Below are positions 27,515 through 43,843 of a stretch of 64,000 nt of DNA, in pieces. The notes below the pieces were generated by a model that was not told the DNA's origin, searched no databases, and was given only the letters and a program-made list of their open reading frames with translations. A program made the translations under genes and the position numbers. Location of the stretch: assembly GCF_009914755.1 (NCBI RefSeq), contig NC_060934.1; one strand, given 5' to 3'. Source of the stretch: the human T2T-CHM13v2.0 reference genome, Homo sapiens. Within the stretch, counting starts at the first letter, position 1, and every line of letters begins with the position of its first letter.

Positions 27515-28250
27515 ATTCTGTATTACCTGGCACTTGTTAGGAGTTGCAAATTCTCAGGCCCCACCCCAGATAGACTGAATCAGAAATTCTAGAGGTGGGG
27601 CCTAGCAATCTGTGTTTTAACAAGCTCCCCAGGGGATTACATTGCCTGCTCAGGTTTGAGGACCACTCTTCTAGGTGTTGATTCTCAAACTTCAGGATGC
27701 ATCCTAACACCTGGGGCAGCTGGTTATGTAGGATCTGGTTAAACAAACTGGACTGGTGTCTGGGCAACTGTATTTTTAGTAAGCTCCCTAGATGATTCTT
27801 ATATTCATCAAAGATTGAGGATCATTGATCTAAGGAACTCATCTAATTAGCTGAGTCTCCTGGGAAGGGAGCAGACAGAAGGGCAATGGAAGTGTCTCTT
27901 AATATTCCAAATGCTACCTGCATCTGAACCTCTGGAGAGCTTGTTAGAAAAGCAGGATCTTGAGCCCCCATCAGAGGTATTGACCCAGACTTTCTGGGCG
28001 TGGGGCCCTGGCATCTACATTCAGAGTTCTCCAGGTGATTCTTGCGCATACTAAAGTGTGATTACTGAGGAGCAACAAGTTGGCAGGTGTTCTCAATGCT
28101 GGATGCACATTAGAATCACCTGAGGAGCTTTATAAAATTATGTGATAACCTGAGCTCCACCTCCACAGAGTCTGACTTCATTGGTCTGGGCTGGGACCTT
28201 GATGTTTTTTAAATGTCTCACACCGGATTATTTTAATAGATAGAGTTAAA
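27515..28250. mobile_element. Cluster of MER5-family (hAT-Charlie) DNA transposon remnants
   Basis: GCAAATTCTCAGGCCCCACCCCAGA...GAATCAGAAATTCT...TGTGTTTTAACAAGCTCCCCAGG and related copies. Confidence 0.75.
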
Positions 28251-28453
28251 GACTATCAGGTTTGGTTGGATATGGGGGTCATGCCTTAATCCCATGGCTT
28301 TGAGAAGCTGAGGTGGGAGGATCACTTGAGCCCAGGAGGTCGAGACCAGCCTGGGCAACAGAATGAGACCCCCATTTCTACAAAATTAAATTGTTTTAAA
28401 AATTAGCTGAGCACGGTGATGCACGCCAGTAGTCCCAGCTACTTGGGAGGCTA

Positions 28454-28834
<381 letters not shown>

Positions 28835-28956
28835 CTAGTTATGGTTTCCATGTGGGAAATCCAGGGGAGATTGATTGGGAAGGTGGAAGGGGCCTCAGGT
28901 TGGAAAGTGGGCAGGGTGGCTTGGGTGGCGTGAAGCTCACTGTAGAAAGAGGTTAA

Positions 28957-29683
<727 letters not shown>

Positions 29684-29739
29684 GTTAGCATGGTTTAACT
29701 AATGAGAATGGAAACAGTGGCTGGAGGGACCATGAAAGT

Positions 29740-30047
29740 CAAGCAGTAGGGGTGGAAGGATAAAGGGGAGGCAGTCAATAGGTCAAAGTTACAGTTAGAT
29801 AGGAAGAAAAGCTCTTGTGTTCTACTGCACAGCACAGTGACTAGAGTTCATAAGAAGGTATTGTATATTTCAAAATAGCTAAAACAGGATTTTAAATGTT
29901 ATTGCCATAAAGAAATAATAAATATTTGAGGTGAGGTGACAGTATGCTAATCAGGCTGATATAATCATTCCACAACATATGCATTATTGAAATATGACAT
30001 TGTACCCCATAAATATATACATTTATTTTTTGTCAATTAAAAATAAA
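29740..30047 (+). mobile_element. L1M 3' end fragment
   Basis: GTATTGTATATTTCAAAATAGCT...GTACCCCATAAATATATAC...TCAATTAAAAATAAA. Confidence 0.75.
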
Positions 30048-30076
30048 GCTACAAGGCCAGGTGGCTTATGCCTGTA

Positions 30077-31038
30077 TGTAGGGTCCAGCCCTACGGGGCT
30101 TAGAGGGTGTTCTCCCCATGTGCGGAGACGAAAAATTGTAATAAAGACACAAGACAAAGAGATAAAGAGAAAGCAGCTGGGCCCTGGGGACAACTACCAT
30201 CAAGACGTGGAGACCGGTAGTGGCCCCGAACGGCTGGGCTTGCTGATATTTATTGCATACAGGACAAGGGGGCAGGGTAAGGAGGGTGAACCTTCTAAGT
30301 GATTGACAAGGTGAAGCAAGTCACGTGATTACAAGATAGGGGGCCCTTCCCTTTTAGGTAGCCGAAGCAGAGAGAGAAGGCAGTATACGTCAGCATTTTC
30401 TTCTCTGCACTTATAAGAAAGATCAAAGACTTTAAGATTTTCACTATTTCTTCTACCACTATCTACTAGGAACTTCAAAGAGGAACCAGGAGTACGGGAG
30501 GAGCATGAAAGTGGACAAGGAGTGTGACCATTGAAGCACAGCACCACAGGGAGGGGTTTAGGCCTCCGGATGACTGAAGGCAGGCCTGGATAATATCCAG
30601 CCTTCCACAAGAAGCTGGTGGAGCAGAGTGTTCCCTGACTCCTCCAAGGAAAGGAGACTCCCTTTTGCAGTCTGCTAAGTAACGGGTGCCTTCCCAGACA
30701 CTGGTGTTACCACTTGAACAACGAGCCCTCAAGCAGCCCTTATGCGGGCGTGACAGAAGGCTCACCTCTTGCCTTCTAGGCCACTTCTCACAATGTCCCT
30801 TCAGCACCTGACCCTATACCCACCGGTTATTCCTAGGTTATATTAGTAATGCAACAAAGAGTAATAGTAAAAGCTGATGATTAATAATGTTTATAATAAT
30901 GATTGATAATTGTCCATGATCATCTCTATATCTAATTTGTATTATGACTATTCTTATTCTAACTATTTTCTTTATTATACTGAAACAGTTTGTGCCTTCA
31001 GTCTCTTGCCTCAGCACCTAGGTAATCTTTCGCCCACA
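30077..31038 (-). mobile_element. Solo LTR13-family (ERVK class) LTR, 962 bp, inserted into an Alu
   Basis: Minus strand begins TGTGGGCGAAAGATTACCTAGGTGCTGAGGCAAGAGACTGAAGGCAC; 6-bp TSD CCTGTA at 30071-30076 and 31039-31044. Confidence 0.88.
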
Positions 31039-33871
31039 CCTGTAATCCCAGCACTTTGGGCAGCCAAGGTGGGTAGATCACTTGAGCTCAGGAGTTTGAG
31101 ATCAGCCTGGCCAACATGATGAAACCCCGTCTCTACTAAAAATACAAAAATTTGCTTGGCGTGGTGGCAGGCACCTGTAGTCCCAGCTACCTGGGAGGCT
31201 GAGGCAAGAGAATCGCTTGAACCAGGAGGTGGAGGTTGCAGTTAGCAGAGATTGTGCCATTGCACCACTCCAGCCTGGGTGACAGAGCGAGACTCTGTCT
31301 CAAAAAAAAGAAAGAAAGTCGGGTGGGGATCCCCCATCTAGAGTCCAGCCTCCTGGGGTTGGGCTGTTCAGCTCCAGGAAGCCCCTGGTGTGGCTAAAAG
31401 GTTTGGGCAGCCCCTGAAGCTGCCTTGGGATCAGACTCTCATTGGTGCTCCTCAGGTCTAGGATTTTCTTCCCAACTCAGAGGGGAGAAGGGAAATGACG
31501 TTGTTTATTGTGTCTGGAGCTGTGGGGCCTTTACCTAAGCCCTGTCAGGAAGGTTGTGTTTTCGCCAGCTGAGATGCTGGGAGATGCACCCAGGATGGCT
31601 GGGTGCCTGCGGGTTGGAGGGGAGAAAGCAGAGCGAAGGGAAGAGGTGTTAGACAAGCAAAGGAGCCCTGGCTCTTAATTTTCACCCCTAAGTCCTTGGT
31701 TTTGGCCTGGGACTGTAAAACCCCTCACAGAGCAGTAGGGGTTCTTAGCCCCAGGGTCAGACATGGAGTGGTCCCTGGAACCCTCAGTGCCTTACCCCAA
31801 GTGGCTAACCTCCTTCCTGAACAGGCAGATGTGTCATGCTGGGCAGCACCTCTCCCTCCCGACACCTGCATGGTGACTCAAACTCCCAGGTAAAGCCCAA
31901 CCCGATGGGAAATGACTCAGCATTGAAGTTCTCTTCCCCTCATTGGGGAGGGAGCAGGAAGCCCGAAGCTGGGCCTGACGCTCCCCTTTGATTTCTCAAG
32001 GTAGTGACGGGGGAAGGGGAGCTTTGCAGGGGAGTTTTGCCTGGCCAACATGGTGAAACCCTGTCTCTACTAAAAATATAAACACTTGCTGGGCGTGGTG
32101 GCGGGCGCCTGTAATCCCAGCTACTCAGGAGGCTGAGGCAGGAGAATCACTTGACCCAGGAGGTGGAGGTTGCAATGAGCCGAGATTGTGCCATTGCACC
32201 ACTCCAGCCTGGGTGACAGAGTGAGACTCCCTCTCAAAAAGAAGAAAGTTGGGGTGGGGTGTCCCCCTAGAGCATCTTCTTCCTACAGCTTCTGCTTTTA
32301 CACACACACTCTCTCTCTCTCTGTGTGTGTGTATGTGTAGACAGTCTAGGACACTTGAGGGTGGGCGTGCTGGGATCTACAAGACTTCCCCCTTGCCTTC
32401 ATCTCTGTTGCCTGCCACTTCCTACCCTGCTGCCCTTTAGGGAGAGTTGAAAGTTTATTTCCTGCCCCAGTGAATTATTATTATTTTTGACTAGCGAAGG
32501 TGGGATTTGGGCAATAGGGAGGACTTTTGCTGATTGCCCAGACTGGAGACCTGACAGTGGGGTAGTGCTTAGGAGAGTCCAGTCGCTAGATCACGAAAGC
32601 TCCATTTAAAATGCATAGTTGGGGCTAGGCATGGTGGCTCACGCCTGTAATCCCAGGATTCTGGGAGGCCTAGGCGATGGATCCCTTGAGGCCAGGAGTT
32701 AGAGACCAGCCTGGCCAACATGGCAAAACCCCGTCTCTACTAAAAACACAAAAATTAGCTGGGCGTGGTGGCATGCACCTGTAATCCCAGCTACTCAGGA
32801 GGCTGAGGCACGAGAATCACTTGAACTTAAGAGGCAGAGTTTGCAGGGAGCTGAGATCGTACCACTGCACTCCGGCCTGGGTGACAGAGTGAGACTCCAT
32901 CTCAAATAAATAAATAAAAATAAAAATAAAATGCACAGTTGGACTGTCTCTGGAAGGTTGCGGGCGAACCAGAAATGTAGTGACCTCCAGGAAGGAAAAT
33001 TGCTACTACTCTTTTCCACATATCCTTTGATCACTTTTAAATTGTGTTCCATTTGCAAGTACTACCTACTCAAATGGAAAGAATAAAACATGGTTACCTG
33101 GGAAGGAAGATAAAAAGAGAGTCCTTTTCCATATTAGTGCTAAGCACTTCGTACAGTTCGTCCTTAACTGGACAAGAATTACGGAATCTCTATAGGATGA
33201 TGTCAGGAGCTGTGCTGGATTCTGGAGACTCAGCGTCTACAAAACAGCATCCCTTGCCTCACAGCGATCCCAGTTGGGAGAGCAATTCAGACAGACAGCA
33301 AGGCAATGAACACGCAGTGTCAGAAGCGTGATGATGAGAAGTGCAGACACCAGGGAATTGCAAAGGAGGCTCCTCTGCCCAGACCTGGGGAGAAAAGACC
33401 TTTCTGGACCCAGTGATATCCAAGCTGAGACCAGGAGTTAGTCGGAGGGGAAGAGAGCTCCAGGCACAGGGAACAGCACAACATACGCAAAGACTGCAGG
33501 AGCCGTATAAAACTTGACTGCTTCCTTGGAACTGCAAGCAGTCAACATGTCTGGAGTATTGAGTTTGGAGAGGGTGTGTGGAAGAATGAAGCCACAGAGG
33601 TAAGGTCAGATCATAGAGTATTTTATAAGCTAATGTAAGGTCAGTTAGTGGTCACCTTGAACAGGTGTGAAGCCCTGGGGGACAGGGGTTAATAATCTAC
33701 CTGTATTGGAATGCTGTTTTGCCAAGCACTGTAATCTTTTTATGCATTAGCTCATTTAACACTTCCAAAAAGCGCCTGAGATTTTTACCATCATTTTTTT
33801 CTTTTCTTTTTTCTTTTTGTTTTTTGTTTTTGTTGTTGTTGTTGTTGTTTAGACGAAGTCTGACTCTGTAG

Positions 33872-34045
<174 letters not shown>

Positions 34046-34329
34046 TAGTCTTGAACTCCCGACCTCAGGTAATCCACCTGCCTCGGCCTCCCAAAGTGCT
34101 AGGATTACAGGCGTGAGCCACCGTGCTTGGCCTACTATCATTTTTTTCTATTTAATGTTTTGTAAGTAAGTGAGGAAACTGAGGCTCAAAGAGGTTAAAT
34201 TTAGTAGAAAATCTTACAGGGTCACAAATGGAATAATATAAATGTCTAGGGGCACAGCTAGCCCAGGGAGAGTGGGGATCTCACCCAGACATGCACTGTC
34301 TGCCATGCGACCTCCCCATTCAGATAGAG

Positions 34330-34500
34330 CAGTGGTTGTTGTCAATAAGGGTGGTGATTTTGCCCTCAGGAGACATTTGAAAGTGTCTGGAAACATTTTT
34401 GGTTGTCACAACTGGGAAGATGCTACTGGCATCTCATAGGTAACTAACATCCTACAATGTAGGATGCTCAAAATATCAACGTCACAACTGAGAAATCCTA
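34330..34500 (+). mobile_element. MER20 DNA transposon remnant
   Basis: GATTTTGCCCTCAGGAGACATTTG...GTCTGGAAACATTTTTGGTTGTCACAACTGGG...GCTACTGGCATCT. Confidence 0.8.
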
Positions 34501-36249
34501 GAGAATAAGTTGTAGAGGGCAGGCACAGAGAGGTAGTCAAGGGGTGAGCGTGAGAATTTTGGAAGGGAGTTTTTTCTTTTTTCTTTCTTTTTTTTTTTGA
34601 GATGGGGTCTTGCCTGCTTGTTGCCCAGGCTGGAGTGCAGTGCTGCAATCATAGCTCACTGCAGCCTTGAACTCCTGGGCTGGAGCAATCATCCCATGTC
34701 AGCCTCTTGAGTAGCTGACAGGTGTGTGCCACCATGCCTGGCTAATTTTTATATTTTTAATAGAGACAACAGGGTCTCACTATGTTGCCCAGGCTGGTCT
34801 CAAACTCCTAGGCTCAAGTGATCTACCCACCTTGGCCTCCCAAAAAGAGTGCTGGGATTACAGGTGTGAGCTGCCATGCCCGGGCAGGAAGAGACATTTT
34901 TTAAAGGCCTTGTAAATACTGTACTTATAGCAGCAAGAGACAGGAGTCAGCTCCAGTAAAGCCTGGGATGGACACAGCACATCCTTTCCTGACGTTCCTG
35001 CTGCTTCCAAGCACCAGCCTTAAGAGCCCAGAGGAAACTGCTAATGAATTTCCCTAGAGTTACCCAGAACTAATTCTGAGGGGTTTCCTGCCACCTCTCA
35101 GGTCCGGGACTGTTAAGGGGTACCAGCCAAGATGTCCAACTCCTCACCAGCATATTCTGCCAGACCAGGGCACCCTGCTCTGATCATGCTGAGACATGGG
35201 ACCCAAGTCCAACACGTTTGGTCAATGCATGATTTCAAAGAATTGTAACATCAGCAGCAGAGAAACTGGAGACCCAAAGAATGGATTCAAATGCTTGTTG
35301 CCTGAATCTGCTCTTCTCACAAGTCCCTCAATATTGTACCTGAATATAATACCTTCTCCTGCATCAAGAGAGGACATTAGGTGGGTCCCAGCTGCCTCTT
35401 CAGGGATTTAACAGGCTAACCAGGAGCTCTCACTTGTCTTTCTACCTGCAAACTACAGAATGGGTGCAGATCTTTCCAGGAAGCTTATAAAAGCTCACAG
35501 GGTGAGGCGAAAGTTGGCTTAGTCTCAGAGATTCATTGTTGTTGGGAACGTAGAGCCCTGAGCGCTTTAAGTCCTGAAAATCTTCTAGTTTCTGATCTTT
35601 AGCTCAACTTTTAACTGTTTTCCTCCTGATTTTTGTTTGGCTTTCTGATTTGATTCTCTGGTTTGACATATGTGTCTGTCTTAATTAGGTTTTCCAGCAG
35701 GTCATGGCCCTGTCCCGGGCCCATGTAAACCATCAAAGGCTTGCCTCAGTCATCCCTATACCAGCTTCTCACCTTGCCCAGTCTTAGGGCCTGGGATCTA
35801 AGAGCCCTCTGGAAGATCTACCCTTTTTCTACATCTGAAAACTCACTATTAGAGAGTTAAAGTCTTCGAAACATTCCATGTTTCCCAAGGGTCCACATGG
35901 CAATTTTGTGATATATTTATAGGTAGCAAGTGGAACAAAGGGGTTTGTAGCCAAATAAATTTGGAGAATGTTATGTGAGGTTAGTTTCTTGTCTACAACA
36001 AGGCTTAATATGCTTTGAACAGGTTAAACATCCATACAATGAACTTAGTCAGCTCACAATCCAGTACCCAAAACCCTTGGAACCAGATATATTTGGATTT
36101 CAGAATATTTCAGGTTTTAATAAGGTAAATGGTGAATATGCTATTTATTCCACTATTTATTCCATTGCACCCAGAAGAGCTGGCAGGCCCTGTAATCAAG
36201 CACATACTTCTGCAGCAAAACATATGCATCTTCATACTAAGTAGGCTAA

Positions 36250-36610
<361 letters not shown>

Positions 36611-37881
36611 TAAAACTTAGTTTTTAGCACTTTTTGGACTTCAACCTGATGGATACAGGATGGGGCCGTGTAGATGGTGTTCCCAACATAGATGATCTCA
36701 GAACTCCCTCTTCCAGGAGCATCTAGCAGGACAGGTATTTCATGGACTCCAAGGATACCCTCAGCTGTTAGTCTATAACACAGGAGAGTGAACACAGTCG
36801 GTCATTCTCACTTTAGCCTTATCCTCTCCCACACCAACTAGATGAGGTGAGGATTCTGACAGCCAAACAAGGAGGAGAAGCTGGAGAGCCTGTGCATGTG
36901 TGCAGATGTGGTTGGGGAGTCATGGTTCAGCTGTCAGCTTCTGGTGGAAAAGGGATACCAAAAAGAGCGGCATAGTGGACATCCAGGTTATGGTGGTTTT
37001 CTTCTGTGTACACTTCTGTGTTTTTCACATTTCCTTTAGAAATGACGAGCTTTTTCTCCCTTATTGCTGTTTTCTACTGCAGGGAGTTGCTGCTCTTAGT
37101 GTTGCAGTGTGGGGAGGTAGGATGGGGCTGACGCAGAGCCTGAGGGCAAGGCAGGGTTCCTGGGAAGATGGATTCCTGTGATTCTGGCCTTGTGCCTCAG
37201 CCAGAGCTGAGGTGGGGTGGGGTGTATGCCTAAGGCCAGGGTCCCCTGGGGAAGGAGGAGGATGTTGGATTTCTGGTGGATTTCCAGGAAGACTTCCTGC
37301 TCTGACAAAAACAACACAAACACAGGAAGAGGCTCTGGGGCCTAAGGAGAGGGGATAATGGACCAAGGTGGAGACTTTTGGGGTGGAGGCTGATACAGAG
37401 AGCAGCCCAGGAACAGAGAAGCTGCCTCCTCGCTGTCCAACTGTGTTCCCCAAGCCAGCTGAGAGTCTTTCTCTACTGTGGTGGCAAGTTGGGAACTGGA
37501 GGAAGAGGCCCAGTAACTTTGGACTCCCTGGCTTCTTCTCCACTTTTCATTGAGTATAATATTTCTTGGTGGCCTGGACCATGAGGATGGGGGTGGAGAG
37601 TAGGCAGTGGACTGCGGGGGGGCATTTGGCTAAGGCCTCAGATTATGTAGGGCCTCAGATACAGACCTTAAATGTGTGGGGTCACACACCTGTCAGAGCT
37701 ACATTCAGCCTCACTGTGCGGGATCAGGTGAAGACATGCATCCTAAACTTGCTACCATTACCAGCCCTATGGTGTGCTGTAAACTCATTATCTTCATATG
37801 GCTTGTGAATTGCTCTGTTATGTTGCATTATATATGTATATATACACATATGTGTGTATGGGACTCTGTGTGTGTGTTTGT

Positions 37882-38804
<923 letters not shown>

Positions 38805-38818
38805 TCTCTCTCTCTCTC

Positions 38819-38854
<36 letters not shown>
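38805..38854. repeat. Compound (CT)n(TG)n microsatellite
   Basis: Directly visible. Confidence 0.95.
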
Positions 38855-38855
<1 letters not shown>

Positions 38856-39496
38856 CACCACACCCGGCCAACATTTTTAAAAATAATAATAAATAAAAAA
38901 AATAATAAAATAATAAAACGGGGCCAGGCGCGGTGGCTCACGCCTGTAATCCCAGCAATTTGGGAGGCGGACGCAGGAAGATCGCTTAAGCCCAGGAGTT
39001 CGAGACCAGCCTAGGCAACAAAGTGAGACTTTCTCTCTACAAAAAATACAAAATACAGCTTTGGGCATTTTTTCTTTTTTTGAGATAGGGCCTGGCTTTG
39101 TCACCCAGGCTGGAGTGCAGTGGGTCATCACCACTCACTGCAGCCTGGACCTACTGGGCTGAAGTGATCCTCCCACCTCAGCCTCCCAAGTAGCTGAGAC
39201 TACAGGCATGCGCCACCATGCCCAGCTAATTTTTGTATTTTTTGTGGAGATGGTGTCTCATTTTGTTGCCCAGGTTGGTCTCGAACCCCCGAACTCAAGT
39301 GATCCTCCTGCCTCAGCCTCCCCAAGTGCTGAGATTATAGGCGTGAGCCACCATGCCTGGCTTTCTTTTACTCATTTATTTATTTATTTGGGTGTGGGGG
39401 TCACAGCTTTGACTTGCTAAGTATACACATTTGAGATATACCACACTTTCAGTAACTTTGTTTTGGCATTAAAAATCTGTATCTATCTATATCTAG

Positions 39497-39819
<323 letters not shown>

Positions 39820-40049
39820 AACATTTTTTAAAATAATAAAACGGGGCCAGGTGCGGTGGCTCACGCCTGTAATCCCAGCACTTTGGGAGGCCGACGCGGG
39901 AAGATTGCTTGAGCCCAGGAGTTTGAGACCAGCCTGGGCAACAAAGTGAGACTTTGTCTCTACAAAAAATACAAAATAAAAATAAAACGGAAGGAGTCTG
40001 GCTCAGTCTTCACCTCTGAGAAGGGTAAGGAGAGCTCCAAACCGGAGCC

Positions 40050-40340
40050 TGAGAGCGCCTGTCCCCACTGGGCACTTGGACTGAGCGTCAAGAACCGAGG
40101 GCGGCCCGTGGGAGTCTTCCTTCCGCGGCCCGGGCGCGGTTCTGGCTTCATCTGCATCGCTCTGGCGGCCCCTGCTGGGCTGGCGGTGAAAGGCGACCCG
40201 GGATGGGGCGGTGCCCCGAGCTCTGGCTGGAGTAGGAGACACTGCGTGGGGGTGGCCTGGTGGGCAGCACGAAGACGTTGGGCTCAAGGGGACTCAAAGA
40301 AGACAAGCTCTGTTTACCGCACGGTTGTTTATTGCCACGC
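40050..40340. promoter_or_regulatory. Small non-repeat CpG-rich segment with a CTCF-like motif (40165-40178, -)
   Basis: Local CpG enrichment; CCAGCAGGGGCCGC on the - strand. Confidence 0.55.
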
Positions 40341-41241
40341 TGTGGGCTAAGGGATTGTTCTGAAAGTGCTGCTGAGGAAGGGGGCAAGTCCAGGTCTGAG
40401 GGCAAGACTGCTGAGCCCAGGGAGGGAAATGTCCGATTGCTGGGTGGGAATTCATGACCCTATTTCTTCTCTTCTCCTTCCCGGCTCCACGTGGTGACCA
40501 TAAAGGGCCTGGCCTCTCTGAGCAGGGCAGCCATCCTCCTCCGTGCAGCTGGTTGGGGTCATGAACTCTGATTCAGAAAGAGGGAGCAGGATTTCTTGCT
40601 AAGACCTCCTGGCCGAAGTCAAATTCTCTGACCTGCTTTTACTGAAAAGCCTTGTTCTGAGGGCATACAGGAGCCTCAATCAACCATTTAATAAAAATGC
40701 TTCCTCACCGTCCTCATGGTCTTTATCCCTCTGGGGTGGAAGGTAGGATTCAGGGCCCCAAACCTTTCCCTGAGCATACTGGTTACCCAGTGGGTCCTAG
40801 TGAGTATTTGAGATAAAAATAGCTTATGGGAGCCTGTGGCTTAGTGCAGCTGCCATGGCTAGTGCCTTGACCAAAGGTGGTATCAGGTGATTTGGAAAAT
40901 AGAGCCTTTTGGGTCTGGCAAAGGCTCACTTCAAATAGACAGAGGTTTTAGTCACTGTGAGTCAAGCAGTTTATGCCACCACAGCTTGCTGGCGCCCCTT
41001 CACCCATTCTCATCCAATGTATTGCAAATGGAAACTTTAAACTGGAAAAAGCAGCTTTTTATATATGACCACTTTTTTTTAAATTCTTTTTTGAGACAGG
41101 GTCTTCCTCTGTCACCCAGTCTGGAGTGCCGTGGTACCATCTCGGCTCACTTCAACCTCCGCCTCCTGGGCACAGGTGATCCTCCCACCTCAGCCTCCCG
41201 AGTAGCTGGGATTACAGGTGTGTGCCACCACGCCTGGCTAA

Positions 41242-41376
<135 letters not shown>

Positions 41377-41935
41377 TAGCCACTTCTTTATATATGGTTC
41401 TTCATATTTGTGTGTGAAGTTTTGAGTCCTTAGGTCGCTAGTGGTAGCAGCCTTCCCAGATTCTGTCATCTTTCTCTTGTTTTGTACATGACCCAGAGCC
41501 TATTAATAGGGAACCGTGGCCAAGCTAAGCCCTTAGGCTCACGAAGCAGGTTCAGAGGTCCCTGAGTCCTACCCTCCTCCACTCTCAGGCCCGGCATTGG
41601 CCTGACAGGTTGACTGCCCAGACCCTTGCCATGGCTGTGGATTCAGCCACCAGAGGGTGGTCAGTTTTACTGGTGGACAATAAAGGGGAATATCCGATTT
41701 GTAGTAATTGAAAAAGCCCATTTTCAGAGCAGTCTATGTCTGGGAATCAGGTTTGCTTTGACTCGGGGAGAAACTAGATTGTTTTGAAAAATGAATTTTA
41801 GGACCGGGCGCAGTGGCTCACGCCTGTAATCCTAGCACTTTGGGAGGCTGAGGTAGGTGGTTCACGAGGTCAGGTGTTCAAGACCAGCCTGACCAACATG
41901 GTGAAACCCCATCTCTACTAAAAATACAAAAATTA

Positions 41936-42079
<144 letters not shown>

Positions 42080-42698
42080 TCAAAAAGAAAAATGAATTTT
42101 AGTCTTGCAAACTGAAGAGCAGTGGAAAATGAAAGGTAACTGAGGGACATATATTTTAATCTTTTATTGTAAAACATGGCATAGAAAAGAAAACCACACA
42201 AATCAAATGTATAGCTTAATTTATTATTATAAGGTAAAACCACCCAGATTAAGAAATAAGGCCAGGCGTGGTGGCTCATGGCTCTAATCCCAGCACTTTG
42301 GGAAGCCGAGGCAGGTGGATCACTTGAGTCCAGGAGTTTGAGACCAGCCTGGGAAACATGGCGAAACCCCATCTCTACTAAAAATATAAAAAACTAGCCA
42401 AGCGTGGTGGTGTGCACCTGTAGTCCCAGCTACTCAGGAGGCTGAGGTAGGAGAATCATCTGAGCTCGGGAGGTTGAGGCCGTGGTGAGCCGAGATTGTG
42501 CCATTGCACTCCAGCTTGGGCAACTGGAGTGAGATCCTGTCTCAAAGAAGAAAAAAATAAAAAAATTTTCCAGCCTCCCCAGAAAACCTTCTGTGTGCAC
42601 TGTTCAAATCACAACCCTCCCTCCTCCCACAAACCATCACTATCCTGAGTAATACAGCAATCAAAATGGATATTTTGGAGGACAGCTTAGACATATAA

Positions 42699-43061
<363 letters not shown>

Positions 43062-43843
43062 TAATTGTTCTTAGATTAGGGAGGGTGATTGGGACTCAAG
43101 AGATTTAGCAGGAGAGGCTGGATCTCAGCAAATGAATTATATTAATTTCCTGATAGTGAGCTCAAACCCCCTCCAAGCAGATTTCTTCCATTCAGAAGAA
43201 GAGATTTGCAATGTCTAAAGCTACACAAGATTAATATCTGGAATGCTCAAGAAACTCCTGGGGATCAACAAGAAAAAGGCCAGAAATCCAATGGAAAAGT
43301 GAGCAAAGAATAAAGTCAGAAATCACAGAAGGGAAATTAGAATGGCTGGCAAGTGTGTGAAGAGATGCCCAACCTTGGCTGGGCACAGTGGCTCACACCT
43401 GTAATCCCAGCATTTTGGGAGGCTGAGGCAGGATTGCTTGAGCCCAGGACATCCAGACCAGCCTCAACTACATAACAAGACCCCGTGTCTACAAAATAAA
43501 TAAATAAATAAATAAATAAAGCCAAGCGTGGTGATGTGCACATGCAGTCTCAGCTACTCAGAAGGCTGAGGTGGGAGGCTTGCTTGAGCCTGGGAGGTGA
43601 AGGCTGCACTCCAGCCTGGGTGACAGAGTGAGACCCTATCTCAAAAAAAGAAAGCTCAATCTTAGAAGTACCCTGAGCAATGCAAATTAAAACATGATAT
43701 CACTTGGTGTCACCTCAATTGTCGAAAGTTAGGCAAGTCAGATAATGCCTTTCAAGTGTTGGAAAGGATGTGGGGAAAAGGGGACAACTGTTGGTGGGAT
43801 TATAAACTTGTAGGGCTATTCTGGAAGCCATCTGACTCTATTT

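Noticed and set aside
41432-41450. CTCF-like GTCGCTAGTGGTAGC
   Set aside because: Too many mismatches at core positions.
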